A stretch of DNA of 64,000 bases from Candidatus Latescibacterota bacterium (lineage in GTDB: Bacteria; Latescibacterota; UBA2968). The position numbers and the translations under genes are program-made. The notes beneath the pieces are model-generated. The model was not told the origin of the DNA, did no database searches, and was given only the letters and a program-made list of their open reading frames with translations. Within the stretch, counting starts at the first letter, position 1. Each line of letters begins with the position of its first letter. Below are positions 47,632-57,195 of this stretch, in pieces. The DNA is taken from positions 5,152,001 to 5,216,000 of the forward strand of contig OZ242195.1 in the NCBI GenBank assembly GCA_965205975.1. The letters run 5' to 3'.

Positions 47632-50064
47632 TTAGTTGCGTACGCGGAATATGGAACGGCGTTTGACATTTTTCTTTTCGTGCAAATCCGTTACCGCGAC
47701 CTCGAGTTTATAAACGCCGCGTGGCATTTTGGACAGGTCAATTTCTAGGAAGGTGAAGTCGTCGGATTTGTCGCCTGCATATACCGAACTGATCGATGTG
47801 CGGCTTTGCTGCCCGGCTCGGCGCAGTTCTTCGACTGACTCGGCCATCAGGTTGCGTTCGGCTGGCATGTATTGCACTTCAAAATCCACAGTTTGGGCTT
47901 TGAGATCTTCTTCACCGCCGGTCATGGCATCGCCCACCAGGTCTTCCTGATCTTGCATTTCACCTTCGGCAGTTTCGACATCTACACCGTCGAGCGCGTC
48001 GCCTGTAGCGAGAATGTCACTACTGGAGCGCTCATCTGCTTCCGCTTGCGCCAATTCTTCAGCTGTTGGTACAATTAGCAATCCGCCTACCTTTTTGAGG
48101 GCTACGGCGCCAAACATCGCGGGATTGACTTCCCGCTGATCGGGAACGCCGATGGTGTAGGTGATTTCATATTGGGTGCGTCCAAATTCGTCTTTTTTCA
48201 GGTTGTAGATTTCCAGATATACAGATGCCGATTCCCCGGTGCGATAAGCGCGGAGCGGATTGGGTGCAATGCGCAAATCCATTCGCGATTCGGGAAAGGG
48301 TTTGACCCGTTCAATTTTTTTGGCGAGCAACAGATCGCTCATGTCCAGGCGCGATTCGGATACAGAAAAAAGGCGTTCTGCTCGGAATGTGCCGATGGAT
48401 CCGCTGTGCCTGTCTCCCACTTCGACCACGATATTATACGTGCCCTGGGGAAGTTCCAAGGGGCGTTGGCTCAACAAATACTGCGGTGCATTGCCCCCTT
48501 TGGGTTTTTCTTGCGCAATTGGTCGGATATTGCGGTAGATATCTTGCCATCGGTAGTCGAACATAAACAATCCTTCATCCATGACGATCATCCGGTCGTC
48601 GTTTGCTTTTAATTTGCCCGTGGGAATGGCATAGGCGATTTCCACGCGCATATTTTTTCCCGAGCGGAAGGCGGTGATCTGGTGTGGCATGGAGTATTTT
48701 CTGTTCTGGAATGGATCGACAAAGCGCGCTTCTTTTTCTTTGAACGCCGCGCGATTTTGTATTTCAAAATACTCTTCGCGCATTTTGTCGCTCGCCCATT
48801 GCGGGTTAGTAGATTTTCTGAAGAGCGTTTGCGCTACCTGTGTTGCATCCACATTGCGCGTTCTCAGCGCGTTGGGGTCTCCGCCTATGATATCTACCGT
48901 GCTGCTGGGTCCCACTTCGCCTGCAAACCCCCAACCGTCAACGCCGTTCACACTTTGAAATGTGAATCTGTATCCGCCATAATACCATGTTTCCTTGAAC
49001 ATGGGAAATACACCCGTTGTGCGGCGCAGGTATTTTCCGTATTTGATGTAGGTTTGTCCGCGAATGGTTTTCCAGCCTTCGATGTTCCGCGCAGGTACGC
49101 TAAAGCGCAGATTCGCATAGGCCACGCGACCGTAGTGTTCCATGCGCCGCTCGTTGTGATCAGTCAGAAATAGCGGATCGTTCTTGTTCCAGAATTGCGT
49201 CAATGCCGCAGAATCCTTCCACTCGCCATCGTCACCGACTTGCATGGCTTTTGCGATGCGCGCACTGTCTTCTTTTGATGCGATGATATCTACCGATTCC
49301 ATCATTTTGCGCTGTTCGGGGTCCATGGCTGCGATGGCTTTTTCATACAATTTGTTCGCCTCTAAAAGCTCTCCCTGAAGCTGGTGCGAATAGGCCATGA
49401 ACAATTGCGCGTTGATGTCGCCAGGGAATCTTCGCATCATTCGCCGCATCACCCGTTGCATGGCGGGGATTCTTCTGTGTTCCAGATGCGCCAGTCCCAA
49501 TAGATAATAGGAGTCCTGATAGTCTGGATCGGTCTCCAGGCTCTTTTCAAATAGCATCACGGCTTGATCGTATTCGTTCTTGGCAAAAGTTCGAATGGCT
49601 CGCCGCTGCGGTATTACCCGGTCTCTTGTGATCATGTATTCGCCGAATATATGGCGACCAGCATCGTAGGCTGCTACGGCTGCATTGGGAAATTTTTCTA
49701 TGACTTTTTCGTAATGCGCTTTTGCTTCGCGCTGGAATCCCCTGTTCCACAATGCCTCGCCGTGTAAGAGTTGATATTGCAAATTTTCCGGTTCAATCCG
49801 AATGGCCTTTTCGCTTGCTTCTACTGCCCGGCGTCGAAACTCGGGTGTGTCCAGGCGAATGTAGAGGCGGGTCAGTTGTGCAAGTGCCGGGGCGTGTTTG
49901 CTGTTTTTCTTCAGGACTTGCTTAAATTCTTCCACGCTTTCTTTGGGTTCAATTTCGTTCATGCGCGAAAGGGCAGTGTGATACAGCGAATCTACTTCAC
50001 TTTGTGCAGCCCATGCCGGTGCTGCGAGCAGACAGGTGAGGATCAAAAGCGAGAGGGCTTTCAT
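47632..50064 (-). CDS. TPR + GWxTD domain exported protein
   Basis: Signal peptide; TPR-like helices; FWNKNDPLFLT..NER..EHY.RVAYANLRF...GWKTIRG..YIKYG; MSDLLLA; start 50064 after AAGGAG. Confidence 0.85.
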   Translation of the reverse strand: MKALSLLILTCLLAAPAWAAQSEVDSLYHTALSRMNEIEPKESVEEFKQVLKKNSKHAPALAQLTRLYIRLDTPEFRRRAVEASEKAIRIEPENLQYQLLHGEALWNRGFQREAKAHYEKVIEKFPNAAVAAYDAGRHIFGEYMITRDRVIPQRRAIRTFAKNEYDQAVMLFEKSLETDPDYQDSYYLLGLAHLEHRRIPAMQRVMRRMMRRFPGDINAQLFMAYSHQLQGELLEANKLYEKAIAAMDPEQRKMMESVDIIASKEDSARIAKAMQVGDDGEWKDSAALTQFWNKNDPLFLTDHNERRMEHYGRVAYANLRFSVPARNIEGWKTIRGQTYIKYGKYLRRTTGVFPMFKETWYYGGYRFTFQSVNGVDGWGFAGEVGPSSTVDIIGGDPNALRTRNVDATQVAQTLFRKSTNPQWASDKMREEYFEIQNRAAFKEKEARFVDPFQNRKYSMPHQITAFRSGKNMRVEIAYAIPTGKLKANDDRMIVMDEGLFMFDYRWQDIYRNIRPIAQEKPKGGNAPQYLLSQRPLELPQGTYNIVVEVGDRHSGSIGTFRAERLFSVSESRLDMSDLLLAKKIERVKPFPESRMDLRIAPNPLRAYRTGESASVYLEIYNLKKDEFGRTQYEITYTIGVPDQREVNPAMFGAVALKKVGGLLIVPTAEELAQAEADERSSSDILATGDALDGVDVETAEGEMQDQEDLVGDAMTGGEEDLKAQTVDFEVQYMPAERNLMAESVEELRRAGQQSRTSISSVYAGDKSDDFTFLEIDLSKMPRGVYKLEVAVTDLHEKKNVKRRSIFRVRN

Positions 50065-50101
50065 GATGGTCTCCTTGTGAAGGGGTTTTTTGCGAGTGGT
50101 T

Positions 50102-51175
50102 TTAAAATCTATAAAAGGCCTTTGCATTTTCGTAAAGAATTTTTCCCAGTAATGCATCCGATAAGCCTTTGGGGATTGCGTCTATTGGCTCGTCGAAATG
50201 ATAGTGTGGATAGTCTGTGGAAAACATCAGCATGTCATCCGAGTCCAGATGGTTCATAACTTGCAATAGATGTTCGGCTTCGGGCGGGGCGTCCAGGGGC
50301 TGTAGTGTCATCCGAATGTGTTCGCGGATGTATTCCGAAGGCGGGCGTTTGACCCACGGGATATCGCGTCGCAGTCCTTTCCACTCCTTATCTATGCGCC
50401 ACATCCATGCGGGCATCCAGGTCCAGCCGCCTTCGATGAGTGCTATGCGCAATTCTGGAAACCGATCAAACGCGCCTTCTACCACCAGGCTCATGACTTG
50501 AGACTGAAATATTTGCGCCATACCGACCATTTCTTCAGCGTAGGTCGCAGGCCAACCAACGGGCGTGGGCGGTAGGCTTGATGCACCGCCGTAGTGTATC
50601 CCGATAGCGAGGCCGCGTTTTACCGCTGCTTTGAATAATGGGTCGTACACGCGCTTGCCATAAGGTTGATATGATCTGACCGGTACTATGACCTGCACAA
50701 AGCCTGGATGGTCGCCAAATTTTTCGATCTCTCTCGCGGCGAGTACTGGATTTTGACTGGGTACTACGAGAGAGGCGCGCAATCGATGGTCTTTGTTTAA
50801 CCACGCGTCGATTTGCCATTGGTTGACCGCGGTTGCAAGCGATGCGGATAAGTCTTCGTTGTGTACACTTTGCACGCGATAAGCACAGGTTAAGATCCCG
50901 ATTTCGACATCCCAGGCGTCCAGTGCCTGTTTTTTTAGCAATTCAAAATCAGATCCCGGTGGACCATTTTTCGGCTTTGTCCCTTTTCGTGCAGATGTGG
51001 GTGCCCGTGCGGGATAATCATTCGCATTGGGTCCCACAAATGCCGATTCGTTGATGTATGCAACCCAGTGTTCTTCCAGATATGGAATCAGTGTTTTCAG
51101 ACTGGGCAGTTCATTGTGAATATCACAATCGATGATGGGGTGATAAAAGGGGTTGTCAGGTGTATTGCGCGGCAT
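50102..51175 (-). CDS. Amidohydrolase_2 family metal-dependent hydrolase
   Basis: IDCDIH, IGIH, EGAFDRFPEL...IEGG..W, FSTDYPH. Confidence 0.88.
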   Translation of the reverse strand: MPRNTPDNPFYHPIIDCDIHNELPSLKTLIPYLEEHWVAYINESAFVGPNANDYPARAPTSARKGTKPKNGPPGSDFELLKKQALDAWDVEIGILTCAYRVQSVHNEDLSASLATAVNQWQIDAWLNKDHRLRASLVVPSQNPVLAAREIEKFGDHPGFVQVIVPVRSYQPYGKRVYDPLFKAAVKRGLAIGIHYGGASSLPPTPVGWPATYAEEMVGMAQIFQSQVMSLVVEGAFDRFPELRIALIEGGWTWMPAWMWRIDKEWKGLRRDIPWVKRPPSEYIREHIRMTLQPLDAPPEAEHLLQVMNHLDSDDMLMFSTDYPHYHFDEPIDAIPKGLSDALLGKILYENAKAFYRF

Positions 51176-51177
51176 GG

Positions 51178-51990
51178 TTAATATCCTGCACCGCGACAAT
51201 ACTGGTACATTTTGGCACTTCGGGTCGCTTCATTTATCGCGTCTTCGCCTTCGTAAGCTGGCGCGCCGGGACAGGCTGTTACCCACCGGTCATATCCCGT
51301 GTCTTCAAGTACGTTTGCCAGGTCGGGAAAGTCCAGTGCTTCGCCGACGCCTACAGAGACCCATTGGGGCGTGAATCGTCCCTCTGCATCCCGCGTGATG
51401 TTCTCATCTGCCCAGTCCTGCAAGTGTACGTAGTTGAGCTGGTCTTGAAAGTCGCGCAACGATTGGGCGGCGTCATAGTCCCAGAGTTGGGCGTGTGATA
51501 CGTCGATACACAGTTTTGCTTTTTCGAGGTGTTGCATGTACAGCGTCCAGTCTTCTTTGGAATCTACCAGTAGATTGGTGTGGATGTGATAACTCAATTC
51601 CAAATTGTATTGCGCTGCGTAATCAGCCCAGTTGTCCGCTGCTTCAGCCGCCTGTTTGATGTCGTCTTCGGTGATGTCCCGGTCTTTGGGTTTGGGACCG
51701 CTCATGTACATGAAACAATCCACTTCCATTTCGGCGGCAAAATCGATTCGCCGTTTGTTGCGTTCCTGGTGTTCCCAACCAGATATTTCGGGCGATCCCT
51801 GCGCTGTGTACACCGCCATGGGCAATCCCACATTGTCACAGATTTTCCGAACTCGACCCGCTGGTCCCAACCAATCCAGCGGCAACCGACATTCCCAGCC
51901 GTCCCAGCCCGATTTTTTGAGGGCTTCAAGGGCGGGTTCCAAATCCGGATTTCTCCATCGCAATGCACAGTATCCAAGTTTAAATGCCAT
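51178..51990 (-). CDS. Sugar phosphate isomerase/epimerase (AP endonuclease 2/IolE-like TIM barrel)
   Basis: GWDGWE, YHIH, CIDVSH, VHLQD, VGVG..LDF, GYDRW. Confidence 0.82.
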   Translation of the reverse strand: MAFKLGYCALRWRNPDLEPALEALKKSGWDGWECRLPLDWLGPAGRVRKICDNVGLPMAVYTAQGSPEISGWEHQERNKRRIDFAAEMEVDCFMYMSGPKPKDRDITEDDIKQAAEAADNWADYAAQYNLELSYHIHTNLLVDSKEDWTLYMQHLEKAKLCIDVSHAQLWDYDAAQSLRDFQDQLNYVHLQDWADENITRDAEGRFTPQWVSVGVGEALDFPDLANVLEDTGYDRWVTACPGAPAYEGEDAINEATRSAKMYQYCRGAGY

Positions 51991-52001
51991 GATGATCTCC
52001 T

Positions 52002-53240
52002 TTATCCAAATAATTCCCGATATTCTCGTTCAAATGCGTCCGTTCCGTCGTCCAGTTTTAATTCCAGGCGGATGCCCGGTAGAAAGCCCGTTAGTCGGCC
52101 CGCCAAAAAGTCTTCGCGATAGCTTCCGTCCGGATAATGGGTCTGTCGTCCGTCGGGCCAGCATATTGTGTGAATTTGTCGTTTTTCTTCGAGTTTGAAA
52201 TCGGGGTCAACGCGATAGTGCTCAATGACGTCCCAATGGAGTTCAATGCCCAATCCCGGCGCATCGGGTACGCGTATATGCCCGCCTTCCACTTTAAAGT
52301 CTTTGACGAGTGGATGCGTCCAGATGTTCACGCAGGGGATCGCGGGCCAGCGCGCGTGAGATAATACAGCGCCCAAATGCACGCTCCACATGGTGGTCAA
52401 TCCCGATCCCACCAGTTGTAGCCAGAATGGCATGTTGGCTTCTGCTGCGAGGGTGCCCTGTTTCATGACGCGACTCGCGCCACCACCTACGACAAATCCG
52501 TCGCATACGCCCTCGCGCACGGCTGTCATAAAGGGCGGGTTGCCAAAGTGCATGGCAATGGGGCTGGCGATTTTTTGCCGCAACAGGGCGTTGCCCGCTA
52601 CGTCGTTTTGCGGGATTGGCGTTTCGACCATTGCCAGTTGGCTATACGTGTCTTCTAACCGTCGGATCAAGGGTGCGGCGTAATCTTCGCCGAGCAATAG
52701 GCCATTGAAGTCTGCATCGATTTTGAAATAATTCGGTACAGATTTTTTTATGGCTTCAAATTGTTCTTCGGGATAAAACCAGGGGCGAGCCTTGACTTTC
52801 ATTGTGGTGAATCCGTGGTCTATCGCTGCCAGTGCTTCCATAACCCATTCTTCGGGGGTGCGGTCCTGCGACCACCACGATACGGGGCATGTTTCTCGAT
52901 ATTGTGCGCCCAGTAGTTTGTGACACGGTACGCCGAGTGTTTTTCCCGCTGCGTCGAAGAGTGCCATTTGCAAGCCCGCGCCCAGGCTGTCATCCCACAA
53001 ATGATCGAATATGTTCTTTCCGCGCACGCGGGCGAATTGTCTCTCATTTGATTGCCCCCACGTATATCGCGTCAGGGTTTCGCCATATCCGGTTACGCCC
53101 GCAGAGGTCGTTATTTTGCACACATCTACAAGTGACCAAAACGGTACCCGAGTTTGTTTTACTTTTGCACACCGCGGATGAAATGGGACGTGCAGAAGGA
53201 TGTGTTCAATATCCGCAACTTCGCAGTCTTTGGAGGTCAT
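52002..53240 (-). CDS. Mandelate racemase/muconate-lactonising enzyme family
   Basis: GYGET, ALFDAAGK, MKVKAR, DADFN, VETP, VPDAPGLG. Confidence 0.88.
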   Translation of the reverse strand: MTSKDCEVADIEHILLHVPFHPRCAKVKQTRVPFWSLVDVCKITTSAGVTGYGETLTRYTWGQSNERQFARVRGKNIFDHLWDDSLGAGLQMALFDAAGKTLGVPCHKLLGAQYRETCPVSWWSQDRTPEEWVMEALAAIDHGFTTMKVKARPWFYPEEQFEAIKKSVPNYFKIDADFNGLLLGEDYAAPLIRRLEDTYSQLAMVETPIPQNDVAGNALLRQKIASPIAMHFGNPPFMTAVREGVCDGFVVGGGASRVMKQGTLAAEANMPFWLQLVGSGLTTMWSVHLGAVLSHARWPAIPCVNIWTHPLVKDFKVEGGHIRVPDAPGLGIELHWDVIEHYRVDPDFKLEEKRQIHTICWPDGRQTHYPDGSYREDFLAGRLTGFLPGIRLELKLDDGTDAFEREYRELFG

Positions 53241-53330
53241 TTTGATCTCTCTTTCTCGGATGGTTAAATACCTGTATTTTCAGCGTAGCAATTCTCCGCG
53301 CTAAGTGGTTTTTCAAAGACGAAAGGCGGT

Positions 53331-53363
53331 TGTCATTGCGGCATGGTGTAAGCCGCAATCCAG
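53331..53363. repeat. REP-like palindrome (CGTC/TGTC-tagged type)
   Basis: TGTC-ATTGCGGC-ATGGTGTAA-GCCGCAAT-CCAG, 8-bp perfect stem; could also act as a terminator for the upstream pair. Confidence 0.6.
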
Positions 53364-53381
53364 AAGGGTTTTTCCGTTTTT

Positions 53382-53960
53382 TTAAGCCTTTCCAACGAGC
53401 CTTTTGAATTGCAGACTGCCTCTGGCAGGCGCGTTGATTTTTAGCATGCGTTCGGGAATGTCATGCTGACCAGATTTTGGCTCTATCAGCGTTTCCCGTT
53501 TTGCTACCCCAATATTTTTTATGCTGATAAAACGCTGTTGGTAATTCTTTTTTTCGAGAAATGCCGACTCTTGCCAGAATTCCTGACCAATGGCGCGACA
53601 ATAGGCAACAAGGCATTGTGCCCCGCGCAATTGTTGCGCAACTTCTTTTTCCGAATCGCCTTTGCCACTTTTCATTTCAATGTGAACAATCCAGTTTGTT
53701 CTATCATCACTGGCGATGACCACATAATCGGCTCGCTTGCATTCTCCATTGTTGTTTTTGAAAATATTGTTTGGAGGCGGGAAAGCATCCGCTTTGAACG
53801 CGATAATATCATCCGGCACGTTGCGTATTTTCAGAGAATACGCTGATTGTGTTTGATTGCCGGGTTCCTCCAGCACAATAATTTTTTTGTTGTATTCATA
53901 CTCAATTGAGGCCAATGCTTCAGTTTTAATCAGGTCTTGCAATATGTCAAAATCATTCAT
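53382..53960 (-). CDS. Hypothetical protein with PD-(D/E)xK-like nuclease motif
   Basis: CKRADYVVI...IVHIEMKS...QQL; ATG at 53960 overlaps the ATPase stop (ATGAATGA). Confidence 0.65.
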   Translation of the reverse strand: MNDFDILQDLIKTEALASIEYEYNKKIIVLEEPGNQTQSAYSLKIRNVPDDIIAFKADAFPPPNNIFKNNNGECKRADYVVIASDDRTNWIVHIEMKSGKGDSEKEVAQQLRGAQCLVAYCRAIGQEFWQESAFLEKKNYQQRFISIKNIGVAKRETLIEPKSGQHDIPERMLKINAPARGSLQFKRLVGKA

Positions 53961-55359
53961 CCCCGCCCCACACAATGGCTTCCTGAATCTCATTCATTTT
54001 GTTGATGGTCTTGTCGAAACTGCGTGCCTCAATCCCCAGTTCTGGATCTATCCTGGCTGGCACAAGTGTTTGATGTCGGCTTCGCCTACTTCTGTTTTCC
54101 AACTTCATCAATGCTTCCTCTGCGATATAAACCCTGATTTTGTCAGCAGATATAAGCTCTTCGGTTTTGTAGCCTTCCTCTTCTGCGATTTGTTTGAGGT
54201 AGGGCTTGTCCTGATTCAGCATAATCAGGGTGTTGAGTTCCTTGACAATATAATCGCTGTGCGTAGTCACGAAGACTCGGATACCCAGATTTACCAAACG
54301 CGCAAAGAGCCGGGCCATGCGGCACTGGTTTTCCGGGTGCAGGTTTAATTCTGGCTCATCTATCATCAGCAGGTCACCGGGTTTTGCGACATGGCGCAGA
54401 TAAAAGCCAATGTCCAATAGGGAACGCACTGCGCTGGAACTCTCGTCCATTGTCAGCTTCTGTTGTTTGCCTGCGGGTTTGAAATAGATCGTGTCATTAC
54501 TTTCCGCGATATACTCACCGCCGATAATATCGGCAAAATCATTCAGGATTTGTGGATGGTGTTCAACAAGAAAGCTGTCTTCCCTACCAATATTCTCAAG
54601 CCTTCGGATAAAATCTACATTGACTTTGACGGGTAGAGGGTAGTCCTGATAGGATTTAAATAACAATTCCATCGGATCAAATTCGCTGCTGTCTGCTTGA
54701 CTCATTTCTTCCAGCAAGCGGTTTCGAGCAAAATTCAGTTCTTGGCGAAAAATTGCCGCGCCAGTGCGCTCTGCACTGGCGATAAAAGATCGGGGGAAAA
54801 ATGGGTCAAAGAGTAATTTAATAATTCCGTTTGATATTACTTCGCTAATCACTCTGGTCATGCTGGTGGGCAATACGCTCATCCTCTTATCCATGAGCAA
54901 TGAAACCACCAAGTCCTTTTCTCCTGCTTCCTTAAACAACGAAAGAAAATCGTCTTCAGCGGATCGCATTCTATGATCAAAAGCGCGGCTTTTTATAGAT
55001 GACATCGTTTCTTGTACAAGAGATACTTGAAAAGTCGTATCTTTGAAGTGGTTTGACTTCGCAGCAAAGATTCTCGGCAGTTCCATAGCGTATTTTCGGC
55101 AACCCCATCTAAGGATGTCATCTGCTTTTAGAGCATAAGGCTCAATATCAATCCGCGTTACACCATCCTTCAGTAAAGCATCGATAGTTTGATTGGGAAT
55201 TTCGACTTCCAGTAAGCTTTCCCAATGCTGTAAAAAGCCAAAAAGGGCATACGTAGCATAGGTTTTTCCCGTATTATTGCCGCCGCAAACAAGGGTCAGT
55301 CCGCCCAGTTCAAATTCCGCCTGTTTTAGGACACCCAGATTTTTCACGTTTATTTTCAT
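53953..55359 (-). CDS. ABC-type ATPase (AAA_15/AAA_21-like, defence-associated class)
   Basis: VKNLG, Walker A GGNNTGKT, AERTG, signature-like ESSSAVRS, Walker B MIDEPELNLHP, TTHSDY. Confidence 0.88.
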   Translation of the reverse strand: MKINVKNLGVLKQAEFELGGLTLVCGGNNTGKTYATYALFGFLQHWESLLEVEIPNQTIDALLKDGVTRIDIEPYALKADDILRWGCRKYAMELPRIFAAKSNHFKDTTFQVSLVQETMSSIKSRAFDHRMRSAEDDFLSLFKEAGEKDLVVSLLMDKRMSVLPTSMTRVISEVISNGIIKLLFDPFFPRSFIASAERTGAAIFRQELNFARNRLLEEMSQADSSEFDPMELLFKSYQDYPLPVKVNVDFIRRLENIGREDSFLVEHHPQILNDFADIIGGEYIAESNDTIYFKPAGKQQKLTMDESSSAVRSLLDIGFYLRHVAKPGDLLMIDEPELNLHPENQCRMARLFARLVNLGIRVFVTTHSDYIVKELNTLIMLNQDKPYLKQIAEEEGYKTEELISADKIRVYIAEEALMKLENRSRRSRHQTLVPARIDPELGIEARSFDKTINKMNEIQEAIVWGGDE

Positions 55360-55449
55360 ATCGTCACCTTTATTGATGGTATTATCTGGTTCTCCTGTCT
55401 CCTTGATAGAAATTTCGACGGATTTGGCGATCCAGCAGGCGTCTAAAAC

Positions 55450-56121
55450 TTATACAATCAACCGACCAATATCGCAGTTGTGCGCGTCGCAATACCACAG
55501 GATGCCGTCGTGGCTGGTCATGCCGTGGACTTCGTCGGGTGCTTCTACGCGGATTACGTCGTACACACGGCCATCTGCTGTGCCCAGTAAGTTTACCGTG
55601 CCTGCGGATGTGTCCGCTACCCATAGTTTGTCGTCTTGCCAGGCCAAGCCGTGGTTGCGGAGGCCAGGTGTTCGAAATGCGTGTTCTTCTGTCCAGGTTT
55701 CGGCATCTACCACATGTACAAATTGGGAGGGGGGGGACGCAATGTATATTTTGCCGTCGCGCCATTCCAATCCGTGTGCGCCGGTTTCTGAGGCTCCTTC
55801 CATGCCTTCGCGCCAGGATGCGACGCCAACGCCGGGAGAATCGTATTTTGCAATGGTTTTGCCGGTTTTTATATCGAGTTTTGCTATTTGTAATTCAAAT
55901 GTGGATGCGATCCACACATATCCGCCACCGATTGTAATTCCACTGGAATGTTCTGTGTCTGTTTGCGCCTCAAATAGTACGTCGCCCGTGTCCCAATCTA
56001 CTTTGTAAATTTTCAGATCTACCTGGTCGATAATCCACAGGCCATCCGGCGCGGCTTGCAATCCATTTGGCTGCGGTCCCGGACTCTTGAAACGCTTTTC
56101 GACCTTTGCTATTTTTATCAT
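55450..56121 (-). CDS. Beta-propeller protein (glutaminyl cyclase/YncE-like)
   Basis: Repeated blades PNGLQ..DGLW, SSGITI, AHGLEWRDG, NHGLAWQD, VHGMT..DGILW. Confidence 0.7.
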   Translation of the reverse strand: MIKIAKVEKRFKSPGPQPNGLQAAPDGLWIIDQVDLKIYKVDWDTGDVLFEAQTDTEHSSGITIGGGYVWIASTFELQIAKLDIKTGKTIAKYDSPGVGVASWREGMEGASETGAHGLEWRDGKIYIASPPSQFVHVVDAETWTEEHAFRTPGLRNHGLAWQDDKLWVADTSAGTVNLLGTADGRVYDVIRVEAPDEVHGMTSHDGILWYCDAHNCDIGRLIV

Positions 56122-56340
56122 GGTATGGCTCCTGTTTGTTAGTGGTCGCCCGCTGACTCAACCTTTATTGGCATTATTGCGGTACTGACGTTGTGCTCCG
56201 CGTCCAGAGGGCAGTTCCCCTCCTTCTACTTATCCTAAAACCACGTATGACGTAATGTAATACATCTTTTGCTTGAAGCAAGACATTGTACTACTACATT
56301 TTCTTTGACTTGCCGACTTTCGAGTGCCATTTTGTTTTAC

Positions 56341-57195
56341 ATGATTCGATTTCCCGAAAATATCAAGGCAGTGTTTTTCCATTTTTGCGCGCGTTTTCAA
56401 CGCTGGCTCGAAGATGTACGTGTGGCTTTGCGTCGCATAAGGTACCTGCGTCCGTTGGCAGTGACGCTGCTTCTGGTAGTCCTGATCGGTGCAGGTGTTG
56501 TCTGGAGCGAATACCATACCAATTGGTTTGCGCGACGCCTTGGAGTTTTTTTGCTTTCGACCAATGCTTTGCGCCCTGAAAGTGGTGCAATCTGGAAGGA
56601 TATTCAAGCACAGGCGCGAACTCAGCAAGCTATTGATACAGCCGATCCTTTGCCTGTGCCACGAGTGGGTTTGCCCGATGCTGTTTCATACAGTCGTTTT
56701 GAAGGTTCGCGTGTGCCCGAATCTGGTGTTCCGGGCTATGTCGCGATTTACAAGATCCCTTTGCCGGGTGTTGATCTCAATACCAGACCTCTCGGCGATG
56801 TGATCGCCAGTTTGCGCGTTTATCGTCAGGGGCTTGCGATTGTCAAATCATTGCATTTGCCGGATGTGCATTTCCACGCAGAGGTACGCAAACAGATTGA
56901 TTACCTGTATGATCAAGTGGGCGATATTGAGGCTGTCGCGCCAGATAGCCTTGGGGTGGTTGATCCCGATTCGCTCAAGGCTGCTGTTTTTTTCGAACTC
57001 GCCACCGAGGTTATTCCCGATTTGAGACTGCGAGAGAAAGAGGCTCTGATTGAGGCTTATGAAAATGGAGAGATTGCGCAAATTTTCTTGTATCGCGATC
57101 TCGGTCGTTTTCGCGGTGAGCTTTTCCGCGAGGGAAGTCGGGCACCTGTTGTTTTTGAAATTGAGGCGGGTGCTGTTTCCGAAATTGTGGAGTAA
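56341..57195 (+). CDS. Hypothetical membrane-anchored protein
   Basis: One TM segment (LAVTLLLVVLIGAGVVW); TAATG overlap with the PBP gene; start uncertain. Confidence 0.65.
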   Translation: MIRFPENIKAVFFHFCARFQRWLEDVRVALRRIRYLRPLAVTLLLVVLIGAGVVWSEYHTNWFARRLGVFLLSTNALRPESGAIWKDIQAQARTQQAIDTADPLPVPRVGLPDAVSYSRFEGSRVPESGVPGYVAIYKIPLPGVDLNTRPLGDVIASLRVYRQGLAIVKSLHLPDVHFHAEVRKQIDYLYDQVGDIEAVAPDSLGVVDPDSLKAAVFFELATEVIPDLRLREKEALIEAYENGEIAQIFLYRDLGRFRGELFREGSRAPVVFEIEAGAVSEIVE

